A stretch of DNA of 64,000 nt from Octopus vulgaris (taxonomy: Eukaryota): positions 46,872,001-46,936,000 of the forward strand of contig OX597836.1 of NCBI GenBank assembly GCA_951406725.2, given 5' to 3'. A program made the translations under genes and the position numbers. Every line of letters begins with the position of its first letter. Within the stretch, counting starts at the first letter, position 1. Below the pieces are notes generated by a model. That model searched no databases and was not told the origin of the DNA. It saw nothing but the letters and a program-made list of their open reading frames with translations. Below are positions 47,489-60,034 of this stretch, piece by piece.

Positions 47489-49034
47489 TGTCAAGGTAAA
47501 GTGTGCAATCGTTTCTCCCAAATCTCCAACCAAATTTACTTCAATTTATAAAGACTGTCTTATCGGGAAGTTAGCAGTCCGAACTAACGAACCCTTAATC
47601 TCCACTGTGCATACTCTTGATCAAAACAACGTTGAACTTTCTATGGCAAGGGGACCAGCCATTGTTAGTCAACTTTATTCGGGGGAACTCTCATAGGCAA
47701 CCGTCAAGTCAAACTCAATAGAAGACTTGAAGATTTCAGCAGAAAGAAAGAGTAATTTCAAATTTATCTCACATAACTTCCAACGTATGTTCTCTAACCA
47801 AAAGAATGTCTGTTCATTCTTAACACTTCTCCAGTTAATAAAAACTGACCATGTAATCCTCTTAATGAACTTCCCTGACAAATCTGTTCTAAACACGATA
47901 GCAAAATCTTTGGGCTAAAAAGCAAATAATAAAGCGACCTCTAGTTGTATGAGTAGGGAACTTTTGCTTCTTATCACCAAACACCAGAATATCATTTCAC
48001 TAGCCTGCTATTTCTCAAGCAAAACTTCCTGATGGATGATCAAAATCAACTGTTTTGTCCAAAACTTTTAACCTGAAAAGCTTTACGAAAAGTCAATATG
48101 TTACTTTCTCTTTAACTCTCACAGAATCCTTCAGTTATTTTGAACTAGTCTTCATAAAGATTTTAGTGATTCAACAAGTCAGAATCTTAACTAAGCCACG
48201 GTTGCAATAAAACAACAGCAAATACAATTTACCACCAGGGAACGTATCAGAAACTGACACACACACACACGTGCAATATTTGTTTTGCTTATAGTTGTGC
48301 ATCGAAATCAATGATGATTACGTTCTCCATCATTTGTGGATTCTTTATTGACTATATTCCAACCTTTCATACACAGCTTCAGCTAGACACAGAATATGTA
48401 AATGTTTCGCTTGGTAATGTTGAGTTCATTTCTCTATGATATCTTTAGTCCAACCACTTCAACGGTAAAACCACCAAAGCAAATGATCGTTTCTATTCAT
48501 AAAAGGTCATTCCTCTTCAAAACGACTTTAGCTGTTGAAACCGTTTCAATTATTTGTGTCTTTCTTCTCTTGTTTTGGCCTTCTTTTGTCAACGTTTCTC
48601 ATCTATTCAAACTACTAGTAGACATTTGTCCGGAAACAGAGACGATTGTTTACATAACTATCTCAGCCTTCCGACGGATTCAGAGACCTGCTTGGATTTC
48701 CTTGTCCAATGTGCAATCATTTGATATGATGATATTTAGATTGGAAAACGGTTTAATTATTCAAAAAGCGAGTGGTGCTTGTTGCAGCATCATAGTCATC
48801 CTTACTCTTCTGTCAGGTTTATTCTTTCAAAATGCATATCAGCTGCTGACATGATGCCCAGCAAACAACAGGAATACAGCCACCAGTAACTTTATCTCAA
48901 TAATTTTATCAAATCTGCGTTTGGTGGTAGCCTACCGTTTTTTTAAGTTTGAAAAACTCCGTCAAGTCAACAGTTAATAGTGACTTCCACCTCTATTAAA
49001 GTTATTCTGTGCAATAATTGTATGGTTATACAGA

Positions 49035-49463
49035 TTAAGAGATTAACAAGACGTGAGCTAACAAGTAACCATGTAACCTTGTTCGACTCGTTCTTTTATG
49101 ATAAGGGGCTCCAACGTCTGCGTCCCCAAAGTTCATCCCCTCCTCACCGTAGTTTGGGACGCTGGCAACGGGTAGCGTCAGAGCTATGCCGTCGGGAACT
49201 TCGGTTCCTGGTAGGGCCACCCAAGGCGGATTGGTCTGACACCGAGTGGTATTAGGGTCACAACCTGGCAGACGGGGCTCTGGTGAAAATCCTCGGAGTG
49301 TCTGCTTCGGCAACCGGCGGCTCCTCGGTCGTTCTGTCCCTGCGTCTGCGGACAATCTGCGGCAAACAGGATGTCTCCACATGCGGGATTGCTGGGGACC
49401 GCTTGTGAAATCCACATATTCCCACGAAACTTCTTCCAACTTCTTCCAACGTCTGCAGTCCAT
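49035..49463 (-). CDS. Candidate coding exon of an unidentified host gene
   Basis: Non-repetitive GC/CpG-rich ORF (ATG at 49463 or 49382) downstream of a strong acceptor ttgttctttctatttgtag|G at 49585/49584. No recognisable domain; donor site weak. Confidence 0.3.
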   Translation of the reverse strand: MDCRRWKKLEEVSWEYVDFTSGPQQSRMWRHPVCRRLSADAGTERPRSRRLPKQTLRGFSPEPRLPGCDPNTTRCQTNPPWVALPGTEVPDGIALTLPVASVPNYGEEGMNFGDADVGAPYHKRTSRTRLHGYLLAHVLLIS

Positions 49464-50187
49464 CAACTCAGGCCAGCATCTGTGTGGAATTGGAGGAGGA
49501 GAATCACGAATTTAAGCGAAGCAATCGAACCTTCTGAAAACATATCACAAAGTTCCTTGTTTTTTGTATGTTAAAATTTCTGACCTACAAATAGAAAGAA
49601 CAAATTTTCCAAGTGTTTTTCCTGAAGCTGCCTTGTAATGACTACTATATCCGTCGTGTTTGGGTCCCTGTGGAAGCCACACTGTGACTCTGGTGTGCAC
49701 GAACTGCGTGGTCTAACCGCTTCCTAAACATGGTATCCTACCGCGAATCCAACTACATCAAACCTCGTTCACACCCGAACCCTCTGCTAAACTATGACAG
49801 TCAAGCACTTGGAACTGTAGTACTTTTACACCGACTATTCCTAGCAACAAATGTGTTGAATCGGTAGGCTTGTTCTTTCACATACGTCACACAAACAAAG
49901 GCTCATGATTCACAAATTCTGTAGGGCTTTAGCCGCAACTTGACTTCAGTAAAACATGGGAAAAGAAAACAAGCGTCTGCCACGCTTGCTGTTACACACA
50001 CACACACACACACATACATCACACATCTATTATGGACACTCAGAGCGACTAAAAGATGCGATTAGGCAATCTTCTATAAAGTATTTTGTTTAAATCATAA
50101 CAGTTACATAACAGTGTATATGCATGTTCTAACCGATCATACATATACACGCGTATGTATATTTGTGTATATGTGTGTGTATGTGTA

Positions 50188-50224
<37 letters not shown>

Positions 50225-51210
50225 ACGAGATGCATTCAAAAGTTTTGACACTGATTTTTGTAGGGGAACCATTAATTAATTTCAAAGAAGACTCTAATCT
50301 CCTTCAAAGTAGGAACCTCTGACTCCAATGCATTTCTTGGAACTCTCGAGTCACTTCGTGAAGGCCCCATGGAAGTCCTCCAAAGCGAAGGTGTCCAGGA
50401 CTCTTGTAAAACCTCCCTTCATCTTCTCAATGTTTTCAATTCGACTTCCCTTGAGGCTCTTCTTCAGCCTGTGGGACAATCAAAGAGAGCAAGTTCTGGA
50501 CTGTAGGGACGGTGAGGGATAATTTTGATGCTCCTTTGTCTGGAGTAGTTGCTTACCAGGATGGTAAACAAATACTGATTCATTATCCGAGTGGGAAAGC
50601 TCTGACCTTTAACTTCCTCAAAACCTCCACAAACTGCTATTTGATGATCGGTTGGCAAGAGGGAACTCAGCGGATGTAGACGATGCTCTCGCTGTCGAGA
50701 AAGGGGATCATCATGAGCTTCCCGATAGACCTACTTTGCCGGGCCTTCTTGGGTCTGGGGGAATCAGGATGCTTACATTGGGTAATTTGTCTCTTGGCTT
50801 CTGAATCATACCAGCAGCTCCAGCTTTCGTCACAGTTACCAGTGTCTTAAGTACTCTTGGATTGGAGAGAATGAGTTCAACCCTCTCCCTGCTGTCCCCA
50901 ATGTCTTTCTTTCTGTTTGCCGCTGAGCACCCTGAGAACAAACTTTGCACAAATTTTGGGCATGTTCAGATCTTCACGAATAATTCTGTGTACAGTTCCA
51001 CACCAACTCCAAACTGTATGCGTTTGTTTTTATAAACACACAACTGTCTTCAGCCAGAAAATTGGGAATTTTCCCAAGCAGCTCCGATGTTCCGGACTTC
51101 CCTCTCCCTGCCACACTTCTCATCTCCTCTCACTTCTTCTCTGCAGTCATTGAACCTCCTGCACCAGCGTAAAACCCTTGCTTGGTTCATACAAGTTAAT
51201 CTATAAGCAG

Positions 51211-51660
51211 ATGTCTTATATTATTTGTTACACACATGTGAGTAAGAACACTTTGAGATATTTTTGGTATCTAACATATGTCAGATACTGCGAGCGCTGC
51301 TTCTGATTGGTCAATCCATGGTGATGACCCGAGGTCACGGTGACAGCGCTGCTGCTGATTGGTCAATCCATGGTGATGGCCTGAGGTCACGGTGACGGCA
51401 CTACTTTTGTCATTCATAAGTTACAACTAAGCGTGAAGAATTTAGTAATTGGGTTAATAAAATATGGTCGTTTATTCGTGTGTAATAAATCAAATACCAA
51501 ACGAGTTCCCTATGGATACCGTATTTATTACAACGAGTGGCTTGTAAACGTATCTAACGAGCGAAAGCGAGTTAGATACGTTTACAAGCCACTCGTTGCA
51601 ATAAATACGGTATCCATAGGGAACTCGTTTGGTATTCTCTATATATCTACTTACTTATTA
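51211..51660. mobile_element. Non-coding foldback element: 66-bp-arm hairpin (51493-51636) plus 2 x 52-bp tandem (51294-51397)
   Basis: Arms match with one mismatch around the loop gagcgaaagcga. Confidence 0.75.
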
Positions 51661-51856
51661 TTGTGAATGTTGATTGTCTGAGTATGACTGGTCATAGTGT
51701 CGATGATTCGATTTCTAATAGAAAAACTCCCTAAAATTATTTAAAGATTTGTTGAAATATTGTACTGGAATAAATATATTGTTTTGAAATTAATTCAATG
51801 ACTAACGTGTTTTCTTTTTTTAAGTCAACATTTCGCTCTGTTTTACCTTACCCAAA

Positions 51857-54800
51857 ATGTCTTTGTCAAGGAGAAAAGTGGATACAGAGTATAGATTATT
51901 TCGAGAAAGTGGTCCTTTTCTTATTTATTCGTGTAATTGAATGGCAAACCTGTGTGCTTGCTGTTTTCCCAGCAGGTTTCGGTACTCAAAGAATATAACA
52001 TTCGGCGCTACTATGAGACTCATCATGCTGACAAATACAATAACTTGCAAGGACAAATGAGAAGAGAGAAGGTCAATAAATTGTTGGCGAATCTGAAGAG
52101 ACAACAGTCTGCTTTAACTCAAAGCCGAGATATCAGTCAGGCAGCAGTAAGAGTTAGCTACCTTGTTGCTAGAGAAGTAGCATTTGCAGCAAAGCCGTAC
52201 TGTGAGGGTGAGTTCGTGAAAACATGCATATTGAAGGTTACAGAAATTGTATGCCCTGAGAAGTGGACAGAATTTTGCCCATATTAGCCTTACGAGAAAC
52301 GCTGTGATAGATAGGATTTCAGCTCTTTTGGCAGATTTTGACGGGCAACTGAAGCACAAAGTCACGTCATCTGTTGCCTTTTCAGTTGCAATTGGTGACA
52401 GCACGGACATTACGGGTGTTCATCATCATCATTCATCATTGTTCGACCGTGGTCGAGACAATGGAATTTACCATGCTACGCCAGACTTCACGGTCCATCA
52501 TGGCATTACGGAGGTCCTGTTGCTGGATGCCTGTATCCCTGGAGATTACATCAGGGTAGGAGAGTGTGCGCCCTCTGGTATTGCGAGTAGATGGCTTCCA
52601 GAGGAGAAGAGTAGAAATTACTTCTTTTTCAGCTCTACAACAATGTCCAGCAAACTGGACTCTCCTACCTTTCACAAGAGATGACACAGGTGGTAGTTTC
52701 CCATATATTTGCATTTTGGTTGGATGGCGCTTCCACGAGAGATTTTGAGCTCTCATAAGGAGGCGAGTGTAAGTTCCATTCAACCGCCTCTCAAGCTTCT
52801 TTGATAACGTCCAGGTTTCTGAGCTATATAGTAGAATTGGTTCGACTGTAGCTTTGAAGATTTCAAGTTTGAAGTCTCTACTTAGATTTGATGACCAGAT
52901 CTTATGCATGTCATTACAGGCTGACCAGGCCATACCCTTTCTAGTTAGAAAGTCTTTTCCAGATGATGATATGTATGACCCAAGATATTAATAATCAGAA
53001 ACCATATTTAAGGGCGCATTGTTGAGAGTATGGATGATGCAATCACTGTTGGACAGGCACTTGTTTATGTATTCAGTTTTGGCCTCATTGAGGTAAAGAC
53101 CTACACAATTTGAGGCTTGTTCAAGAGATTGTAAAAGAGACTGGGCATTGGAGAGAGAATCACTGATAAGAGCGATGTCGTCAGCAAAGTCAGTGTCTGT
53201 CAAGTACTTAGCTGGGTGTCTGGAACTTCTTCTTGGTTTTATTTCAAAGCCCTTGCCAGAGATGGTATCAACTGACATACGTAGCACATAATCAACAACA
53301 ATGATGAAAAGAAATGGGGCGAGTGTGTCTCCCTGCAGTATTTCGGCTTTGATTGAGAAAGATGATGTTTCTCCGTCAGGGGTTAAGATGGTTGAAGACG
53401 TATCTGTGTAGAGGACCTTGATGGCAGAAATGATTTTGTCTGGTATCCCATAGAGCTTAAGGATTTCAAACATCTTGTACCTATCTACTGAATCGAACGC
53501 TTTAGAAAAGTCTACAAATACCATTGCAAGATCGCGATTAAATGCTTTTGATTCTTCAATAAGTCTGCGTAGGCATAGTATCTGGCTCAGCGTTGAGCGC
53601 CCATGTCTGGATCCATTTTGGTTCTTTCGGAGCAAAGGTTCAACAAAAAGGACAAGACGATTTAGGATCAGTTTGTTGTACAGTTTTGCAGCAATTGACA
53701 TTAGAGATATACCCCTGTAGTTGGTGACGAGGGATAAATCGCCTTTTTTGGGTATTGGAATGATTTGAGATTGGTGCCAAATCTTTGGAGCGACAAAGGT
53801 TGAAAGTGTGTGGTTGCAGAGGTTGAGCAAAAGTGTGTGAAATCTATAATCCTTCCAAATTACAGCTGGGATGTTGTCGGGACCAAATGCTTTCGAGGCT
53901 TTTAGTTGCTTGGTGGCTGCTGTTAGTTCAAATATGGTAAAAGGGGAGGTGTTGATGTCCAGCGTGTCTGATATAGGCACACTTGGAAGAGTGGGGTTAT
54001 CAGGGATTTTGGCATTCTTCCCAAGGAGGTTTTTAAAATGGGTTGACCAATTTTCTAAACGCTTCTTAGCTGATCCCCCTTTAATTCTAATTGATGACCC
54101 AGAATTTTTGCCTGATAGGTCTTTGATGGATTTCCAGGCGAGATGGTGTTTTTCACTAATGTGCTCTTTGGATAGTTTACTAATTTTGCCATTGATAAAG
54201 TCGACCTCGGCGTTCAAGTAAGCCTCATCAAGATTCTTCTTGGCAGCTATGAGTTGGATCTTCAGTGACTGGGATGGAGAACGGTGGTAAGCTAGTGATA
54301 TAGACGATGACATTTGGGGAATTAGAAGGTTTGTCTGGCCCCTACTCTTACGTAACTGGCCATATTCATTCGTGGTGTAGAGGAGATTCTGACCACCACC
54401 AAGGAGTTCCTGAAGTTGGTTCCTATGATGGGCACCACGCCAGCAAATGGCATTTTCAGTTTTTTTGTTGTAGCGCTGGACAGGGTCGGAGTGTATTGGG
54501 CCCGTGCTGTCAGCGTGGCTACAGATGGCGCTCCATCAATAATTGAGAAAAAAACAGGTGTTGTGACGCAGTTCAGAGAGAAAGTACAGACTGCAAATGG
54601 AGGACGTGATTTTTGGATATTCCATTGCATTTTGCACCAGGTGGCATTGTGTTGCAAGTAGTTTAAAATGGATCACATCATGGAAGTGGTTGTCCGAACT
54701 GTTAATTTCATCCGAACAAGAGGTCTGGGTCACCGTCAGTTTGACAATCTTCTCAGCGACATAGGCGTTACCTATGGCTGGCCATATCACACCGAGATAA

Positions 54801-55916
54801 GATAGTTAAGCCGAGGTGCCGTGTTGAAGCGGTTCTTTAATCTACGTGAAGAAAGTGAACAGTTCACGGAGAAAAAGGGCAAACCAATGTTAGAATTTCA
54901 ATCACCAGAATGGCTGCAAGATTTAGCATTTATCGTGGATATTACAGAGCACTTGAATAATCTGAACAAAATGTTGCAAAGATATAAAAAAAATGTTGTC
55001 CCAGTATTTTGAAAGCATACGCACGTTCAAGTTGAAGCTAACTTTGTGGGAGACACAACTGCCAGATGGTGACCCTGATCATTTTCCTTGACTAAATGTT
55101 TATTTGAATCGTAGATAATTGCTTCATGATTCGGTACAAAGTCAATATCACGGGATTGCTGCGAGAGTTTGAGCAACGGTTTTTTTTTTTTGATGAACTT
55201 GAGACGGATTTCAGTTTCCCGCTCGCCATTTACAGTCAACGCCTCTGATCTGCCCGTCAATATCGAATTTGAAATGATTGACTTGCAGTGTGATTCAGAT
55301 TTGAAGAACAAATTTACTTCGGTGGTCTTGGACACATTTTATCAGTATCTTTTGCCAAAGTACCCCGAATTGACAGCCCTTGCTGCGAAAGTGTTGTTCG
55401 GGATTCCCTATCTTTGTGAACAAGTTTTCTCTGTAAGGAGCATCAATAAAACAAAGCTACGCTAAATGACATATTGAAATTGGCTGCTGATCAGGATTTG
55501 ACGCCTGATATTGATGCGCATGTGAAGGAGAAAAGATGCCAAGTTTCAGGAACATATTGAAAATAAATGATAAAAAAAGATAAAAGTGTTTTCAAATGTT
55601 TTTCAAAGTGAGTCTTTTTTTTTAATTTATAAGTTGTATACATTTACAAGGCAGAGAGATAACTATCTTCTTTAATAGTTTCATTCACTTTCATTCACTT
55701 TCACTTGTTCAATGTTTTGCAAAAGAAAAAAAAGAAGAAAATTGCTCTTTAAACATAAACATTTTCAGAAGGTGCATTTTTAACACTAAAACAAAGGAAA
55801 AAATTTGAAATTACTATTTATAGGTTCTTATGTCATGATTTTACTGGTCCGGCCCGCTTGAGATCAAATTGGGGTTGATATGTGACTTGTGAACTAAAAT
55901 GAGTTTAACACCCCAG
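51857..55916 (+). mobile_element. SPIN/Charlie (GTF2IRD2-like) hAT transposon, decayed transposase (51857-52420 + 54354-55560)
   Basis: NGKPVCL, KEYNIRRYYETHH, DSTDIT..LAIFIRGV, SVATDGAPS, HCILHQVALC, YHTEIR*LSRGAVLKRF, YLCEQVFS. Right TIR gagtttaacaccccag followed by gtctagag (NTCTAGAN target). Left TIR lost. Confidence 0.9.
52421..54310 (-). mobile_element. 5'-truncated RTE-clade LINE with nearly intact RT (ORFs 52988-54313, 52436-52933)
   Basis: KAFGPDNIPA, PIPKKGDLS..NYRGISL, FVDFSKAFDSV, LQGDTLAPFLF, DFADDIAL, LLYSSETW; (ATG)n tail right after the stop. Confidence 0.95.
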
Positions 55917-56051
55917 GTCTAGAGCATTTTATAGATTTCTGTAGCGTTTTTGCCCAGTTCAACAAAACTTCATTGCATAACAATCTTCCAAATTGTCTTC
56001 ACATCCTGACTGCATTCTGCAAACTAGTCAACTGTGACAAGAAGTGTTTAG

Positions 56052-56621
56052 TGAAGGCGGCGAGCTGGCAGAGACGTTAGCACGCCGGGCGAAATGCTTA
56101 GCAGTATATCGTCTGCCGTTACGTTCTGAGTTCAAATTCCGCCGAGGTCAACTTTGCCTTTCATCCTTTCGGGGTCGATTAAATAAGTACCAGTTACGCA
56201 CTGGGGCCGATATAATCGACTTAATCCCTTTGTCTGTCCTTGTTTGTCCTCTCTGTGTTTAGTCCCTTGTGGATAGTAAAGAAATAGGTATTTCGTTTGC
56301 CGTTACGTTCTGAGTTCAAATTCCACCGAGGTTGACTTTGCCTTTCATCCTTTGGGGTTCGATTAAATAAGTACCAGTTACGCACTGGGGTCGATATAAT
56401 CGACTTAATCCCTTTGTCTGTCCTTGTTTGTCCTCTCTGTGTTTAGCCCCTTATGGGCAGTAAAGAAATAGGTATTTCGTTTGCCGTTACGTTCTGAGTT
56501 CAAATTCGGCCGAGGTCGACTTTGCCTTTCATCCTTTCGGGGTCGATGTAATCAACTTTATGCCTTTGTCTGTACTTGTTTGTCCCCTCTATGTTTAGAC
56601 CCCTGTGGGCAATAAAGAAAT
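56052..56621 (+). mobile_element. SINE family B trimer with 13-bp TSD aagaagtgtttag
   Basis: TSD at 56039-56051 and 56622-56634; units start 56104, 56288, 56472. Confidence 0.93.
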
Positions 56622-56819
56622 AAGAAGTGTTTAGCAGGATGTGTTCAAACGGCTATTACAGCCATCTCCTTCAATCTGGAATAAGAAAGCTGGAAGGTCA
56701 GCTTATTTCGTGTATTTCGTTTTTGTATCTGGTTTGCAAGATTCTTTATGTGAATTTGTAGATGGAAGAGAAACAATTATTTCTTTTGTCTTAATTGATA
56801 GATTTAATCAAGATAATAT

Positions 56820-57000
56820 TTGCTCTCGTTATACGTGACATTATCTCATCTATTCGGTAAACTGTTAATCCCTCGGCCGCAAAAGTCTTCAGGTTTCGCA
56901 GCAATGAAATACTCAATGGCGTTTTGAACCTCTTCACAATAAAAAAGAAAAAACAAACGTCTGAAAATGTCAAGTGAGCTGGAACAAGCTCGAGAAAGTA
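56820..57000 (-). pseudogene. Mariner transposase C-terminal fragment
   Basis: EEVQNAIEYFIAAKPEDFCGRGINSLPNR; paralogous to 58465-58659. Confidence 0.6.
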
Positions 57001-57207
57001 AGAAAGATGAAGCAAAAAAAAAAAAAATGATATATGTGATTCTCCCTAACACAACAAAATTATTAGATGTATATTAAAGATATACTAAACTTAGGATAAT
57101 CTCGAAGAGTCATAAGTCTTTCACCTAAAAATGTCTCATTACTTCTGGAATGCACCTCGTATACTGAAGAATTTAGTTGGAGCCATGTTTTATTCCCTTT
57201 CCTATAC

Positions 57208-57638
57208 AGGCGCAGGAGTGGCTGTGTGATAAGTAGCTTGCTTACCAACCACATGGTTCCGGGTTCAGTCCCACTGCGTGGCATCTTGGGCAAGTGTCTT
57301 CTACTATAGCCCCGGGCCGACCAATGCCTTGTGAGTGGATTTGGTAGACGGTAACTGAAAGAAGCCTGTCGTATATATGTATATATATATATATATATAT
57401 ATGTGTGTTTGTATGTGTTTGTGTGTCTGTCTTTGTCCCCCTAGCATTGCTTGACAACCGATGCTGGTGTGTTTACGTCCCCGTCACTTAGCGGTTCGGG
57501 AAAAGAGACCGATAGAATAAGTACTGGGCTTACAAAAAATAAATCTTGGGGTCGATTTGCTCGACTAAAGGCGGTGCTCCAGCATGGCCGCAGTCAAATG
57601 ACTGAAACAAGTAAAAGAGTAAAAGAGAGTAAAGAGTA
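57208..57638 (+). mobile_element. SINE family A, full length
   Basis: Complete head, core and tail. Confidence 0.93.
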
Positions 57639-58017
57639 ATTCTAAAGTAAATTAAAAATGTATAATGCGAAATCTCATAAAGAAAGGTAAGTCACGTGTG
57701 CAAACATGTGCTTAATCCGTTTGTCCAACAAAACTCCGATATTAGCTGGGTTGCATTTTCTCTAGGATGTATCTCGCATTTCAGATGACTCCAGGGAAAT
57801 ATCTCAACAGTTTCTTCTTTATTTCCTATTTGTATCTTTTTATTTATTATTATTTTTTTTAGTGGGGTGTGTATAATTTAATAATGTTGAAGGAAGATGC
57901 TGAACTTCAATAACTGAATTTAAAAAGACGGCAACAATATAACCAAAACACATACATAAGCGCGCGCTCACCCCCCCCCCCCCCAAACACGCGTGTGCAT
58001 ACACATACATACACACA

Positions 58018-58056
<39 letters not shown>

Positions 58057-58095
58057 GTATGTACCTATATTCGTATATATATATTCTATATATTC

Positions 58096-58162
<67 letters not shown>

Positions 58163-58181
58163 TACGTATGTACCTATATTC

Positions 58182-58220
<39 letters not shown>

Positions 58221-58239
58221 TACGTATGTACCTATATTC

Positions 58240-58273
<34 letters not shown>

Positions 58274-58740
58274 GTACAAAATTAGAAAATGGATACGTAT
58301 ATATGTGCATGTATAGATATATACCTATATAGATACACACACACATACATACACACTCAAACGCAAATACACACACATACATATAAGGTTGGAAAGAAAG
58401 TCTTGTTGCATTTGAAGAATTTGAAGATGGAAAAGAAATAAATTCTTCTTTGGTTTCGACTTTTTTAATCAGGATAATATTTCTCCTCATTATTCATAAC
58501 ATAATCCCATCTATTTAGCAAACGGCTAATCCCTAGGCTGTAAAATTCTTCAGATTTGGAAGCAAAGAAACACTCAATATCATTTTGAATCTCTTCTTCA
58601 CAGTTATAAATAAACGAATCGTCTGAAAATACGAAAGTGAGCTGGAACAAGATCTTCAAAGTATGGAGGAGGAGGCAAACTTTCTATATTTGGTGTCATG
58701 AGGTTTCCCTGGGTAATTTTGTAATATCGTTTAAGAACAA

Positions 58741-59496
58741 CACTCCTTTATGATTGACCAACACTCCTCTATGATTGACCAACACTCCTTTATGATTGAC
58801 CAACACTCCTCTATGATTGACCAACACTCCTTTATGATTGACCAACACTCCTCTATGATTGACCAACACTCCTCTATGATTGACCAACACTCCTCTATGA
58901 TTGACCAACACTCCTCTATGATTGACCAACGCTCCTTTATGATTGACCAACACTCCTCTATGATTGACCAACACTCCTCTATGATTGACCAACACTCCAT
59001 TATGATTGACCAACACTCCTCTATGATTGACCAACACTCCTTTATGATTGACCAACACTCCTCTATGATTGACCAACACTCCTTTATGATTGACCAACAC
59101 TCCTCTATGATTGACCAACACTCCTCTATGATTGACCAACGCTCCTCTATGATTGACCAACACTCCTCTATGATTGACCAACACTCCTCTATGATTGACC
59201 AACACTCCTTTATGATTGACCAACACTCCTCTATGATTGACCAACACTCCTCTATGATTGACCAACACTCCTTTATGATTGACCAACACTCCTTTATGAT
59301 TGACCAACACTCCTCTATGATTGACCAACACTCCTCTATGATTGACCAACACTCCTTTATGATTGACCAACACTCCTCTATAATTGACCAACACTCCTCT
59401 ATGATTGACCAACACTCCTTTATGATTGACCAACACTCCTTTATGATTGACCAACACTCCTTTATGATTGACCAACACTCCTCTATGATTGACCAA
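58741..59496. repeat. 36 x 21-bp minisatellite (cactcctYtatgattgaccaa)
   Basis: ORF 58696-59538 has 252 aa of 7-aa LVNH(R/K)GV units, i.e. 36 copies. Confidence 0.97.
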
Positions 59497-59560
59497 CGAT
59501 GGGTGCTTTATTTGCAGATTTTTGAGCAATGCTTCCAATTAACAATACTTCTCCGTATCA

Positions 59561-59750
59561 AGGCGGCGAGCTGAGAGAATGGTTAGCATCATTTCGTCCA
59601 TCTTTACGTTCAGAGTTCAAATTACGTCGGGGCCTACTTTGCCTTTCATCCTTCCGAGGTCGATAAAATAAGTACCAGTTGAGCACGGGCGTTGATATAA
59701 TCGACTTAAATCTTCCCCCAGACTCTTGGCCTTGCACAACATTTTAAAAC
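59561..59750 (+). mobile_element. SINE family B with TSD caataYttctcc
   Basis: TSD at 59543-59554 and 59751-59762. Confidence 0.8.
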
Positions 59751-59796
59751 CAATATTTCTCCACATTAACTGTTTCATTTAGGTTCAATAGTTTAT

Positions 59797-60014
59797 TATT
59801 TCTTTACTACCCACAAGGGGCTAAACACAGAAGGGACAAACGGATTAAGTCAATTATATTGACCCCAGTGCGTAACTGGTACTTATTTAATCGACCCCGA
59901 AAGGATGAAAGGCAAAGTCGACCTCGGCGGAATTTGAACTCAGAACGTAACCGCAGACGAAATACTACTAAGCTCTTCGCCCGGCGTGCTAACGGTTCTG
60001 CCAGCACGCCACCT
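59797..60014 (-). mobile_element. SINE family B (3' part of the U6atac chimera)
   Basis: RC head aggtggcgtgctggcagaaccgttagc, tail gtagtaaagaaataa. Confidence 0.9.
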
Positions 60015-60034
60015 TATTTATTTATTTTTTTTTT

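Larger units (their letters stand above)
50226..57159 (-). mobile_element. Decayed mariner split by nested insertions (pieces 50226-51210, 55917-56051, 56635-57159)
   Basis: IPHRPYSPELALFD at ~50480-50525. The N-terminal LGKNATEIY.ML (55917-55975) joins AYRLTCMNQARVLRWCRRF (51150-51209). TIR-like ends cgagatgcattcaaaagt / acttctggaatgcacctcg. Confidence 0.7.

Noticed and set aside
48402-48854. 150-aa plus-strand ORF
   Set aside because: AT-rich with no recognisable motif; the minus strand holds a small RTE-like remnant (IISNDCTLDKEI).
58741-59496. Possible CRISPR array (also 15907-16066)
   Set aside because: Contiguous tandem units with no unique spacers, no cas genes, eukaryotic context.
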